From NCBI GenBank assembly GCA_903813345.2, contig CAIIXF020000001.1, forward strand, positions 42,780,001-42,844,000: a stretch of 64,000 nt of DNA. Direction: 5' to 3'. This document shows, piece after piece, positions 36,214 to 48,455 of this stretch; positions within the stretch are counted from its first letter, which is position 1; each line of letters starts with the position of its first letter. Origin of the DNA: Owenia fusiformis (taxonomy: Eukaryota). A program made the translations under genes and the position numbers. A model generated the notes under the pieces. It made no database searches and had not been told where the DNA came from. It worked only from the letters and a program-made list of their open reading frames with translations.

Positions 36214-37119
36214 TTATACCAAGTTAGAATCAGTTGTGAGCATAACTTGACACCCACTGTTCACATGGTCCATGATTTGTTTTTTAAGTTGCATCACTTG
36301 GTCTCTGAGGCTAGAGGCTGTCTGTGTTAGATCATTATTGTGTCCTTTTAAATCATTAACGCGTTCTTCAAGGCGAGAAATTTTTTCTAACTTCCTTGTA
36401 CGACATTTTCTGGCAGCAACCCTATTTCTCGCCCGTTTACGCTCGAGTTTCATGACCTCCTGGGTGCCCATATCAAGAGGGCTGAGGGGAGGGGTACTAC
36501 CCATACAAGGTACTGTCTGTGGTTCCTCTTTGACTGTAGAAACGCAATCATTCGCAGGGCCACGGATTACACTGTTCAATTGATGAGTATTAACTGTTGT
36601 TGGTATATGGCTGCTGCTAGATGTTTTATTGTCCATAATAACGGATGGATGAGGCACTGACATAACGGTCAGGGGGACAAGGCTGGTCGTGCTTAAGCTA
36701 GTTGCACTATCGCCATTGATTGTAGACATGGCTGAGCTTATGCTGCTCGTCATAGTGTTTTGAGTGAAGCTGTCCATACTCTCCGTGTTGTGATGTAATT
36801 TAGCGAGTGCATCAACGAATCCTCTGGCATATGCCTCTTGTTCCTCCGTCACAGACTTGGGGCAGATGAACTGCGTTGGGGTGGGGGTCGTGGTGATCAT
36901 TCCATTTGACTGGATAATCATTTTTTCCAGTTCAGGCGAAGCAAGTTTCAGCATATTCAAGTCAGGCGATGCCAATAATGCAGTAAACTTTTGCATTTTG
37001 CTGCTAGGACCGCCAAAATCCAATGTCATTTTTCTTTTCAACATTTTAGTGTCTTTAGCACTGTTTGTATTTTCATACAGTGAAGTTTCCATGTTGTAAT
37101 CTGTATTGAAATTGTTCAT
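36214..37119 (-). CDS. JUN: Transcription factor AP-1 subunit c-Jun, intronless (301 aa; alternative start METSLYE at 37092)
   Basis: JNK-docking [16 protein letters not shown] and LKLASPELE (S63/S73 equivalents), [39 protein letters not shown], and b[31 protein letters not shown]...HVNSGCQ. Confidence 0.98.
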   Translation of the reverse strand: MNNFNTDYNMETSLYENTNSAKDTKMLKRKMTLDFGGPSSKMQKFTALLASPDLNMLKLASPELEKMIIQSNGMITTTPTPTQFICPKSVTEEQEAYARGFVDALAKLHHNTESMDSFTQNTMTSSISSAMSTINGDSATSLSTTSLVPLTVMSVPHPSVIMDNKTSSSSHIPTTVNTHQLNSVIRGPANDCVSTVKEEPQTVPCMGSTPPLSPLDMGTQEVMKLERKRARNRVAARKCRTRKLEKISRLEERVNDLKGHNNDLTQTASSLRDQVMQLKKQIMDHVNSGCQVMLTTDSNLV

Positions 37120-37299
37120 GAATCAGCTTATGTCTTTTTGTGACTAATTCTCACTATTTATACGTTGTAAATACGTCCACTTACTACCTGACTCACAGTC
37201 CTGTGGCTACTGATAGATTCGTGATCTTAAACGACTTTTAAGATGAGTTTTTCGTAAATTTTTCGTACGTCTCTTTCGCTGTTCTTTTTCAAACAAGTT

Positions 37300-37600
37300 A
37301 TGACTCAGATCCTGTTTTCGACTCTACCTTTATACTTGACTAATACTTCTAAAAATAGAAACTATCGTCACTTTCTGTGAGTTTGATTGGATATTGATGA
37401 TATCATTGTGTCACGTGGTACAATTGATTGACAGGTTAATTGAATTATGTTGCATTCTGGGATTACAACTTCCGCTACGTCAAATGACGTCAGTTCAATA
37501 TTCTAGAACGAATACCGCCTTTTTTACCATATAAGGTAATACGGAAGAAGACGGGGATTCCCTTCTTTGAAAGGATGGTGAATTCCCCGGGTACGAGACG
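37300..37600 (-). promoter_or_regulatory. c-jun proximal promoter: TATA, MEF2, CCAAT, E-box, ZNF143-like, CRE, CArG+Ets, NF-kB and AP-1 sites
   Basis: Minus-strand motifs: TATAAA 37334-37329, CTATTTTTAG 37358-37349, CCAAT ~37390-37386, TCCCAGAATGCA ~37462-37451. Plus-strand or palindromic motifs: CACGTG 37412-37417, TGACGTCA 37485-37492, CCATATAAGG 37527-37536, CGGAAG 37542-37547, GGGGATTCCC 37553-37562, TGACTCA 37301-37307 (another at 37189-37195). Confidence 0.8.
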
Positions 37601-37984
37601 TGGAACGTCGTCAAGAGTCGAGAGATGGAAGTTCCAACTCCCGGGTGATGGAAGCCCTCACCCTAGTTACCAACTCAAAGTTTCTGGACTGTCACATTGG
37701 TTTTGTTGCCCTTTTTTGCCCCAGTAAGCGTATGAAGAAAAACAAACTAAAATGAAATGTAACTTGTGCTGAGAATCTCAGTTTTTCCGGAACTTCCCTA
37801 AAATGAAGAACATCTACAGCTTTTACATTGGCCTATGTAGGGTCTTAGAGTATCAAAATGACCAATTAGTTTTCAATTCTTATTTCTATTGATATTTCGC
37901 TGGATTTTATCGTCAACGGGTATTTCCAATACATAGCGCGCGTGTCTGTATGTCACGTGACTGATGTACACATTTACCACTAGA

Positions 37985-38384
37985 GGCAATCTGCGCGAGA
38001 TTCCATTTTTTGATTCGGTTTTTGGCGCATGCGTATTAAATCAAGCAGTTTAATTGGTTTAAATTATTATAACGCATGCGCAATGAGTAACTTAATAAGA
38101 ACATTTAATTTGAGATAGATGTCACTTACGTTCATTATTTCACAGCAGTCCTTACCCATAATACACCTTATTTTGCGGGTATATTTTTGTTTCGTGTCAA
38201 AACAAAACATTTACACCAAAAACAAATGTAATGATATAATATCAACCTGTCCCGGATTTGTAGACGTTTGTTGTACAAACTTAAACCGAACCGATGACAG
38301 AAAAGCACTTTGAATCATGGGAGTGACGTACTTCCCTTAAAGAAAAACCGAACCAAGTAAAAACCGAACCTCGCGCAGATTGCC
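37985..38384. mobile_element. MITE upstream of jun
   Basis: 15-bp TIR GGCAATCTGCGCGAG / CTCGCGCAGATTGCC; subterminal AAAAACCGAA repeats. Confidence 0.7.
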
Positions 38385-40602
38385 CCGACTCACATTTACA
38401 GAATTTTAAAATTACATTTGTAATTCAGTGCAGCATTTCGTGCATATAAAGGATAGTATATAATATTTGCATAGCATGGTATGTTACATTTATTTCATTT
38501 TGATTGGTTTAATAGTTATTTGTATCAGTTTAATGATAGATATTCTCGCAACTCATGCAATGATATCAAAATTCTCTATTATCGCCCACAAGAAATTCAA
38601 ATAAAAACATAAAATAGTAAAAGTCGAATTTCTACATAGAGTCCATTTCATTGTTTAACTGCGTCAGTAAAAGCTAAAAATTAAGAAATCAAAATATCAT
38701 TTTGCAATAATATATGGAAAAATATATTCCTCTTGTACATGATTGACATTTGTATATCTTGGATTGCTTCTAGTTTGGCTTATAAAGTGTATGGCCTCTT
38801 ATATTTGGATTTACTCTACAGAGCTGACAGAAGTCAGCTCTGGGAAGTTGGATCGAAAATTCTTGAAGAGGAAAAATCGAGCCCATTTTGAATAAACGCT
38901 GTGCTGAGTAGCGTTTATAACACACTATATATTTGAATCAATACATAATTTATTTGTTGTTACCTTATTTTGATCCTTCGACAGTCTGTTGTTGTATTAA
39001 ATCAATGTTCTATCAGTTAACAAAACTTTTGAATTTGGATTGCAGCCATTTTAGGTCTCGCGAGATCTCTTGACTTTCGAAAGTTAAGATTTGCTACAAA
39101 ATAACTCGCGTTAGCTAAATATGTATAGTCACGTGATCCTTTAGCGGCGATGACCATGCGCCTGTAAAGTATAATGCGCATGTGCCCGCATGCGCAAAAA
39201 TTAAAAAATGGTGCGCGCCAGATCTGGAATTTCTCTATTTAATTGCAAATTACACAACAAGTAGGACTTATTGTCACCACGCATCATGAAAAGGGCAAGT
39301 TAAATTCAATTATCTTCTTAAATACCGTTAACTTATTCCAGCGCGCCTGCTGGAAGTTGGAGTAAAACACTTCACAAGACAGTATATTTGAACGGTCTGT
39401 CAGCTGGCTTTTGAGCCAGCTGTGTTCAGTAAATTTGGATGCTTCTCTGCCATGTTATTTTCAATAAGATTAACATGGCTGAAATTCTTCAAATTACAAG
39501 AAGGCACAGGCTTATTGCACAAAAAACTAAAAAATCTGAAATATACAAATGTCATTTATGTACATTATGAATATACTTTTCCATATATTATTGCACAATG
39601 GGCTCCCAATTTCTTATTTTTGCCATTCTACTGGCGCAATGAAGCAGTGAAATGGACTCTAGATACACAGTCAATGAGTCAGTATGCATTTATAATTTGA
39701 CCCGAAAACATGATCTTTAACCTTTTTTCTCCAAGTTCAATAACATGAACATTTTCTAGGCGTAATTTTGTCAATTTTTTGTCAAATAGATGAATTCAAC
39801 AGTAGGGCAAAGGTAGTATGTATCCAACAGACCGAATATAATATTCGGTCTGTTATGATTGATATATTTCCTGTGGAAATCGCGGTGATATTTTTTGCAC
39901 ATAAATTTCTCGTTTATTACAAGAATGTTCACCTTGAAAATTGGTGAATATGTTGAAGAGATGTTCATCTTAAACTAGAAGCAAAAATATTTGTATAAGG
40001 CGGGTACAAGTTGATATAAAATAATGAAATGTTCAGACTCACCAAAACTTCAGGATGTGTTCACAAGTACATCGCGAAATCAATGTCAAGGACGTTTGAG
40101 TTCACGAGATCCAATTGAGATATGCAAATTTTTGAACTTTGACAACACGTGACCACTTGATTACCTCGGCCTTCTTCATGAATATTTCCGCTCTATTTAC
40201 TATAAATGACGAAAATTAATCGGGATAATGATAATAAATGACTAGATCTAATAAATTCCCGCACAAATGGAATTTATCAATACGCTTCCGTAAGGTTGCT
40301 CCGTCTGCTCCACGTGTTATTTGTTTACAAATAGACTGACGTCACTGGCTAAATCTCGTTTATCGTGAGAATTGGCATTGCCAAAATGGCTTGACCTAAT
40401 CAATGGCTTCGCTACAAGAAGCGTCTGTACATTTTATGAATATCTTCAGTAAGAGGACAATATACGAAAAAATAATATTGTAAGTTCTTTATAAGGTAAT
40501 CATTTTATCATTAAACAAACTTATTTGTAACATTTATACAACACCACATTTTACAATAGGTGACTTACAGTCTGAATTTATTCAGACGAAGGATACAGTC
40601 TA

Positions 40603-40855
40603 AGGGCAAAGGGGTGTAACGTCGACGTGTGGGGTAATGTTGACATACGAGACGTAGTAACTTTGACACTTACTTATAAGAAGTAGAATTTCTGTTTTCC
40701 GCCATATTGATATCTGGAAAAATTTAAATCTCGCGAGATCTCGATCCATGCAAGAAAGAAAACATGGCTTCCCCATAGATCGGAAATTAGAGCAAATAAA
40801 CAGCAAGGTGTTGAAGTTACCCCAAAATGGTGTCGACGTTACACCCCTTTGCCCT
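40603..40855. mobile_element. MITE, possibly PIF/Harbinger-like
   Basis: 24-bp perfect TIR AGGGCAAAGGGGTGTAACGTCGAC / GTCGACGTTACACCCCTTTGCCCT; TSD ambiguous (TAA/TCA). Confidence 0.8.
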
Positions 40856-42208
40856 CAATACTAAACGGTGGGTTTTCAAACTGTAAACAGAGTGCTCCTA
40901 CCAAAATGGATTTGCCTATATACCCCTGAGACTTGTATCTGATAGATAGAATGCACAAATAAAGCACAAGTTTAGCTATTATAGACAAAAAGTTCTCTTA
41001 AATTTTGAAGTGATTTTACCTGTTAATTTTGTCATCGGTCCGCCAATTTTGTGGAAGTTACACTGAAACACAAACTCCATGGAATGAAACAAAATCACTA
41101 GAAAAACATAGCACACATTGTGCGCATGCACACTTAGTTAAAACCAATCAGATTATTTGAATATTTTGCGCACGTCATGAATTATTTGCTTCTGAGCACT
41201 AATCATTAAATGGTAACCACAATAAACATGCCTGGCGGAGATTACCCTTACTTCATTTTAGCGAAATGTGACCTCAAGCATGTGACAAATGCATTATGCA
41301 TACTCGAAGCCTTGGAGACACTCATTTTGGTAAATATGATTTACGGTGTATACTTTTCTGCAGTTTGGGAGAGTTTGAGACATTTACTGTTAAAATTCAA
41401 GAAAATATGCCAAATATACGACTTATCAATTATTTTTCGTCACGACTGTAGACCTGTTCCATTATTGTAGAAATATATCAAGGTCACGATGACACAGAAA
41501 CTTGAACAAAAAATGCACCTACTAATAGTTAAACCATGAAAACATTTGAAAAACCACTTGCCAGAAATCTTTTGAAATTCGCCATTTTGACCAATCAGAT
41601 TATAGTATTTCAACCTCATCCACTATTTGCCAGACCCTCCACATTACGTTTTTGGACTTGGAGAGAAGAAAGTATAGATCATGATTTGGGCTTGCACCAA
41701 ATCATGGGCTTTCAAACCACTATGGTTTGAAAATGCTGATAGAAATTTGACTACTCATTTATTTATGGTCGAAACTGTAGGTGGCAATTTATTCCAGGTT
41801 CTCTTTTTGGTTCAATGTATTTCACTTGCTGCGATATGTGATAAGACAAGAGTACTATCATACTGAGGTTGATAAACGCACATGTAGCCCTTTAGTTATA
41901 TATGTACATTTGTTTTTTCGCTTCATATGATATTTGATTTGTATGTTATTTGCATAATTTGTACAGCTTGGGACCCCCTCCCCCATAAACAATAAAGATA
42001 AAACAGTAAACAGTAGAACGATAGTGGAAGAAAAGAGCTTTAAAATGCTTTTATTTGAAGGTTCAGTTACATAAAATTTTGCAGATTTCAAAACAAATCC
42101 TAAAAAATATTTTTAGGCCTGTTTATGTCACGAAAAATTTGGGGATCACACCCCCTTGACTGAAAGCTCACTACGTTCATGTATTTACATCTATTGAGAT
42201 GAATAAAG

Positions 42209-42727
42209 CACTGCCCCCAGGATTCCGTGTTTGCAGAGCGCAGACGGAATTTGCCTCTGCCTGCGGAATTGCAGAATCAACTATTTTGGTCAATTTCCGC
42301 GGAATTTTCCGCAGAATCCATTTATTTTCCAAAAGTTTAAAAAGTCAGTCTTACCTGTAACAATTTGACACGTTTTCAGTCAAATCCCTTGCAGAAATAA
42401 CCCAAATTATGCGAAGTGAAAATTCTAAACGCCATCGTTTGATTTCTGCCGTTAGATGGCAGCATGTATGTAGTGACTGACTACCTGACTATCACGATAT
42501 TTTCCCGTTTACTGGTTCGAAAACCATTAGTTTTTCTTTCGGTTCTCGTCAGAAAGTTAAACAAAGACATAAATTAATAACAGTTATTTATATTATTAAG
42601 TTATTGATCGAAAAAATGCCGCGAATATCCGCGGAATTTCTGCAGAATTAGCCCTTTCTTCTTGCAGAATTCACTAATTTCACTTGCAGAATTGAGCATT
42701 TTAACTTGCAGAAAACTGGGGGGAGTG
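42209..42727. mobile_element. Non-autonomous DNA element with 6-bp TSD
   Basis: ATAAAG|CACTGCCCCCAG ... CTGGGGGGAGTG|ATAAAG; many GCAGAA/GCGGAATT subterminal repeats. Confidence 0.72.
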
Positions 42728-43127
42728 ATAAAGCTGATATTCCATTAATCTTGAATGGCCACAGGTACAGGCCCATATTTGGGGGGAGGGGGGTGCAGGT
42801 TTGAGCAAACCTTTCCCCTCTGGCAAAAAATTCTTTCAAAATCATGCAGTTTTTCACCATTCTGATGAGAGTGATTTTGGCCATTTTTGTTAATTCAACA
42901 TTGTGATGGCTCTGTAATGATCCCTGTCTTGATTTCTCATTCAGAAAAAATTGTATTCGATTCACATTTCTGCACATTTTGTGAGTCAATATCATTCCCA
43001 GTCTCCTCCATCCAATCAGAAGAAATTTTACAATCATTCAATTAGTTTTGACTTTTCTTCTTCTTCTCTTATACACTGGACGAAATATTTTTCTTTTCAA
43101 ATCCCTGGGAGCAGTAAATATAAAGAA

Positions 43128-43985
43128 GTTATTCACCTGTCAGGATGATATGGGGAATATCACAAGGATGATATCAGTATTATTGATATCAATCATCTGA
43201 GGGATATTCTCCATATCATCCCGACAGGTGAATAACGTCCTTATACCTTGGTTCAAGAGCAATATTTACCCCAAAAACTATCTGTTTGATGAGAAAACAT
43301 TAAATTAATTTTTGAAATATTAACTTTACATGTATTTTATATTATGACTGTCAAAACCTAAAAATGTCATTTTGAAATTTAATAGATGTTGTGAATGTGA
43401 AAAGAACTGATATTGCCCTGACCATGGTATAAGCCTCATTATCCTATGCCAAGTAGAGTTTTAGGGAGATAAGTTGGTAATATATATCCCATATCCTGAT
43501 TTTGAGGTTTCCATATCCAGAACCTCCATAATTCCCGCCATATCTCCCGCTCCAGGGCATATCTTCCCGCTTCGAAAAAAATTGAAAAAAATAAGAAAAA
43601 ATTGAAAAAAAGAAAAAATGTGAAAAATTTGAAAAAAAGAAAAATTGAAAAAAGAAAACAAATAGAAAAAATTGAAAAGAAATTAGAAAAATGTGAGAAA
43701 AATTGAAAAAATAAAAAAAATTGAAAGAAAATTAGAAAACTCTACTTGGTATAGGATAAAGCAGTTATGTACAGTCGGTTTGGATATTGGGTTCATCCCT
43801 CGTGAGATATGCACATCTACCTTCGGTCCCTATGGTCCCTCAGGTAGATATGCATATCTCCCTCTGGATAAACCCCATATCCAAAACCTCCCAGTACATA
43901 ACCCTTATATATTCACCAGGTATCTAATTTAATAAGCATGTCCAGTGAATATTGCCAGATCTTTCATGACATGTGACCCGCTTTT
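43128..43985. mobile_element. Multi-hairpin repeat element(s) with A-rich low-complexity core
   Basis: Palindrome 43128-43236 (GTTATTCACCTGTC...GACAGGTGAATAAC), A-rich tract ~43575-43740 and palindrome ~43764-43903. Segment ~43945-43980 matches ~51709-51745 in reverse. Confidence 0.6.
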
Positions 43986-46900
43986 TACCAATCATACTAT
44001 TGTAAGCTTGACAGTGATTTAAAAAATATAAAATATCTCTTGATTTTTTTATGTCATAATTTTTGTCCATCAATATCTGCATGAGTGAGTTACCAAAATT
44101 TGGAATTTGGTACCAGGCATTACCTTGTGATGATAGTGCTGGTCGCTTTTCTACATTTCAAAGAACCAGGAAGATTTTTGGTTTTCAAAATCATTATTTG
44201 TGAAATTTGTTTCTTGCTTCACTGAAAGATGGCATCATTTGCTACAGTAATGTTCATATAAATGCATGTTATTCAGCGAGTCATGTCCTCAAATTCCTTC
44301 ATCAGATTCACGCTACTTGTATTTACCTTTCATTTTTTTGCTTCACACAATTAAAGGTAAATAAACCAAGAAATTGTCTAAAGGTTTTATGCATGGCACA
44401 AACATACATACACAATACCTGAAACTGAATATGAGAAGAAGTGTGAATCACTTTTAGTACCACTTTTTATGTGCCCTTTGAATAAGGTTGTATTGATATA
44501 CCTCTGATATGTTTTATGATTGTGGAAATATTCTCATCGTGGACTGCATAATTTAAAACAAACTAAACTACAATTATTCATGCTTTAATGGTCGAAAAAC
44601 TCATCATAGTTGATGGTTAGAGGGCAAAGGAGGTGAGTTCCCACAATCCAGCTGGTAACCTGAGAAATGTGTTTACATATACCGCTGATTCTCTGCCTTA
44701 TATGGATTGACCTTTCACCTTTCAGCAGACTGGCGGCAGATTGGCAGACTACAGTTGTATGTTAACCTGGACTAATGCTTCCAAACTCTTGACTCCATCA
44801 ACATATTAGTAAGTACAACCTTCATATTTCATGCAGTTGATCTGTCTTCTTAATTAAAACCCAATGCCTTCACTGTGCCAAGCAATTCAATATTGCATTC
44901 AACTGCAAGTATTGGAGATATATTGGCTGTAATATTGGAGCCATGAATATTATGTAGATGGGATAGTAGCCATGATAGATATGTTATAATAATTATGCAC
45001 TAGCAGACATAGCAATAAAATCAGTACCAGTGATATTTCCTGTAATGGAATGATATTCTTTTGAGGTAAGTGTACATTTTAACTAAAATATTAAATCTGA
45101 TCATCACTATGGTAACACACATAGGCTTGGGGTTGCAGATTGCGAGATATTATACCTCGTACATTAGAACAGCATTGATTCTTGAGTCTGGACCAAATCT
45201 GTATGTATGGGTATATTGATGTAATTTACATGTATACACAAGTGTAGTTGCTGTATTCTGTACTGAAATATTAGAGTAATGTCAAGAGCAGGGGCTAGAC
45301 AAATACAAGGGGGCGATTTGTCAACATTATAAATTCATAATTGTAACCATGTTTATCATTATTATGACTGAGTGTCAAGAGGCATGTATGCATATATCTC
45401 TTTTAGCTTACCTCATGGTTCAAATGTCTTCAGTGTGATAAGTTTGTTATTTCTGTTTTGCCCTCTATCATCATATGTCATACTTTACAGATCTGTAGAA
45501 GTTTTCAAAAATTAAGACAGATATAGTTTTTTTTAACAAATGAACCAAATTGATATTTTTTAACACATATTCTTCATACATTTGCCTCTTCCCTTTCCAA
45601 TGGTGATTTTGGTTCTTTACTTTAAGAGAGAGGCTAACGAACTACGCTCTAACCCTCAAGCTTGGCTAGTGCAATTTGAAAAAATGCTATTGATATATCT
45701 TCACCAGCTCCATTGTGATGTGCAATTGTTCGGACATAGAAACTGGCGGATTTTATTGATCTCATGTGCTGAATAGCAATACAAATAGAACATGATAAAC
45801 AGCGAGGGTGCCATTGACCTTAAATCACCTAAGATAGGATATACATCCACATTCCTCTTAGGGCAGTACTCGAAGAGATCTATCTATCATCATGAATGTG
45901 CTTTTTACAAACAAGCTATGGGTCATATGATATTCAAGGGATGTTTTTTCAGTACTTTTTATTTTGGGTTTTAGCCAGGAATTGCCTAAATCTTAGTGAA
46001 AATTGTTCTCTCATATGGAGTTTTTTTCATATGAAACTGTAGAATTGGGTCAATGGTATTGTGGCTTATTGTGGTACCCGTAGCTCTAACTCTTTCATTG
46101 AAAAATATCATCATGAGAAATCATTCCCTTATATTAGTTTTTTTGCTTGTTGAAAAACAGAAAGATCGGATGAGTGGTGTGGAATGGAAGAATAGTCCGA
46201 ATTTTGAACCATTAATCCTTGCTATTTTGGCATTTTAAGAACCTAATGAGAGGAAAATAACATTAATGAAGAGTTAATTGTAAACAAACTTGAAACACAG
46301 AAACTAGAGTTCTTATTAACCTATATTCAAAATATAAAATGTCAGTGTTAAGGTGGTATATTTCAAATATGCTTATTGATCTTATAGATCACATTTGTAT
46401 CCTCAATCATACTCGCTTATTTCAATCATGTGAAATCTTCTTTCTTTGACAATGATCCATGCCACATTGTATATATACATATTTTGTATAAATTATGCTC
46501 TTACACAGATTGTTTTCCCTTTTTGAGTAAAAAGTATATCTCATGTTTTAGATACTACAGTATATCATAATTTGAGATGAAAGTTCATATCTTGTCCCTA
46601 ATAGGGGATATGCTTTATATATATGAGATGATAAGACCAGGAATATCTGTATTAACAATAGGGATTATATTAAGCAAGACTCATTTCTATGAAGAAGTTG
46701 ATAGCGAAGCATCTCCCTAATACATTGCATAATACAGTGGAATTTTGTTATTCATTAACACATTTAATCTCAATGTGATGAATTATTCAATTGAACCTTA
46801 ATTCCAAACATTGATACGGATAAGGCAGTTCCTGTTTATTTTACAAAATCCTACAATATACAAATTTAGTAAATCCAGTCAATTCCAATTATATATACAT

Positions 46901-48285
46901 GTAATCAGTTAAGCTTTACAAATTGCCCAGTCCAGTTATTTACAATTGATCAGTGAAAGTCTTTAAGTCAATAGGGACTTTTGCCATGAGTTTACCTGTA
47001 TATGAAGTTTACCTGTGTAGAAACTACACTAAGTAATCAACAGTGCTTCATAGCCATATCTAAAAGCAGATTAAGTTGGTCTGAGACGAATTTACTTGAG
47101 ATGAAAAGTCTTATATTTGCCAGAAAGTCTGTAGAATTGAGTGTTTCTTGGCATTCAGAAGCGTTCAAGTACAAAAATCTTAAGAATTGCTATTAATCAG
47201 AATTTAGCACATAATATGATAGATACTCTTATCCAAAATATGGCAAACTGTTTTTGAATAAACCGCTATTAAAGGACCAGTGACAGTTTAATATAAAAAA
47301 TAACAGTGATAGGTTAATTTTGACCTAATATGGATATCAGTGAGTTATTTGTTGGTGATAAAATAATAAACCTAGTTAAAACATAATTAAAATTAAAAAT
47401 TAAAATTTGTTAACAACAGCCAGAGGCTATACCAGTTATTTATTACGCACATTGTGCACATTTTTGAGTGTTAAGAACAATACAAACTATTTTCCTAATA
47501 TCAGTTTCAGTCAAATGATGATTTGAAATTTGGAAATTACCTGAAAACATATCATCATGGTACCCTCGCATGTAGACTGATTTATGATGGACTTTATCGC
47601 ATTGCAATTTGACAGCAGAAGATTAAATAAGTAAGGTCGAGTTGGATTTCATCTAAAAGTAGGAAGTTACTCGTTGTGACCTACTTGAATCTGTTACATA
47701 TATGCAAACATAAACATAAACGATGTAAACATAATATATCAAGTTTGAATCTGGACTCTAGAGCAACATACAAATATTAATGATGTTCTAATATTAAATC
47801 CTACATCTCAGAGATAATTTTATACGGTGATATTGGAGGTGTAAATGCCAAGAAGTATGGTCGTTAAGGGAGTTACATTCAGACTGTAAGTATGCAATCT
47901 GTTATTCAATATAAGATCTGAATCACTGAATTAAAAGTGATGCAATATAAAAACAAAAGTTCTATAGAATATAATTGAATTTCTGCTACATACTTTCATA
48001 TGAAATTACATAGCTGCTACACTATATTCAAGAATATCTATAAAATCTTCAAACTTAGTGATAATATATTATATACATCTACATTTTACAAATTATTTTT
48101 CCAGGTAATTGGTAAGGTCATACTTAAATAATAATTTGGGATTTTTTAGAATTTATTTTTTCATATCAAAAATATATCTAGCCGTATACAGGAAGTCAGG
48201 AACTTTATTTATGCGTAATTTTTTTAAACATTTTTTCTTCAATGAGGCCCTATTAAGTGACACTTTTTTGTTAACAACCAAATTA

Positions 48286-48455
48286 CAGTGAAACCTGTGT
48301 ATATTGAACATCTATAGAGCCACAGAAATGTGTTCTCTGTGAGAAGGTGTTCACTAAAGAGAGTATCATTTATATAGAAATAACTTGATTATTATTTGGT
48401 AACGAAGGGTGTTTGTTAGAAACAGGTGTTCACCAGAAAAAGACAGATTTCACTG
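48286..48455. mobile_element. TA-flanked MITE (CAGTGAAACCTGT / ACAGATTTCACTG)
   Basis: Imperfect TIR, TA flanks and GGTGTTC internal motifs shared with 20973-21213. Confidence 0.65.

Noticed and set aside
36272..37099. Plus-strand ORFs of 103 and 80 aa
   Set aside because: Antisense shadows of the jun CDS.
44610..44680. Possible tRNA/SINE head (similar weak signal near 49370)
   Set aside because: No intact cloverleaf or clear A/B boxes could be built.
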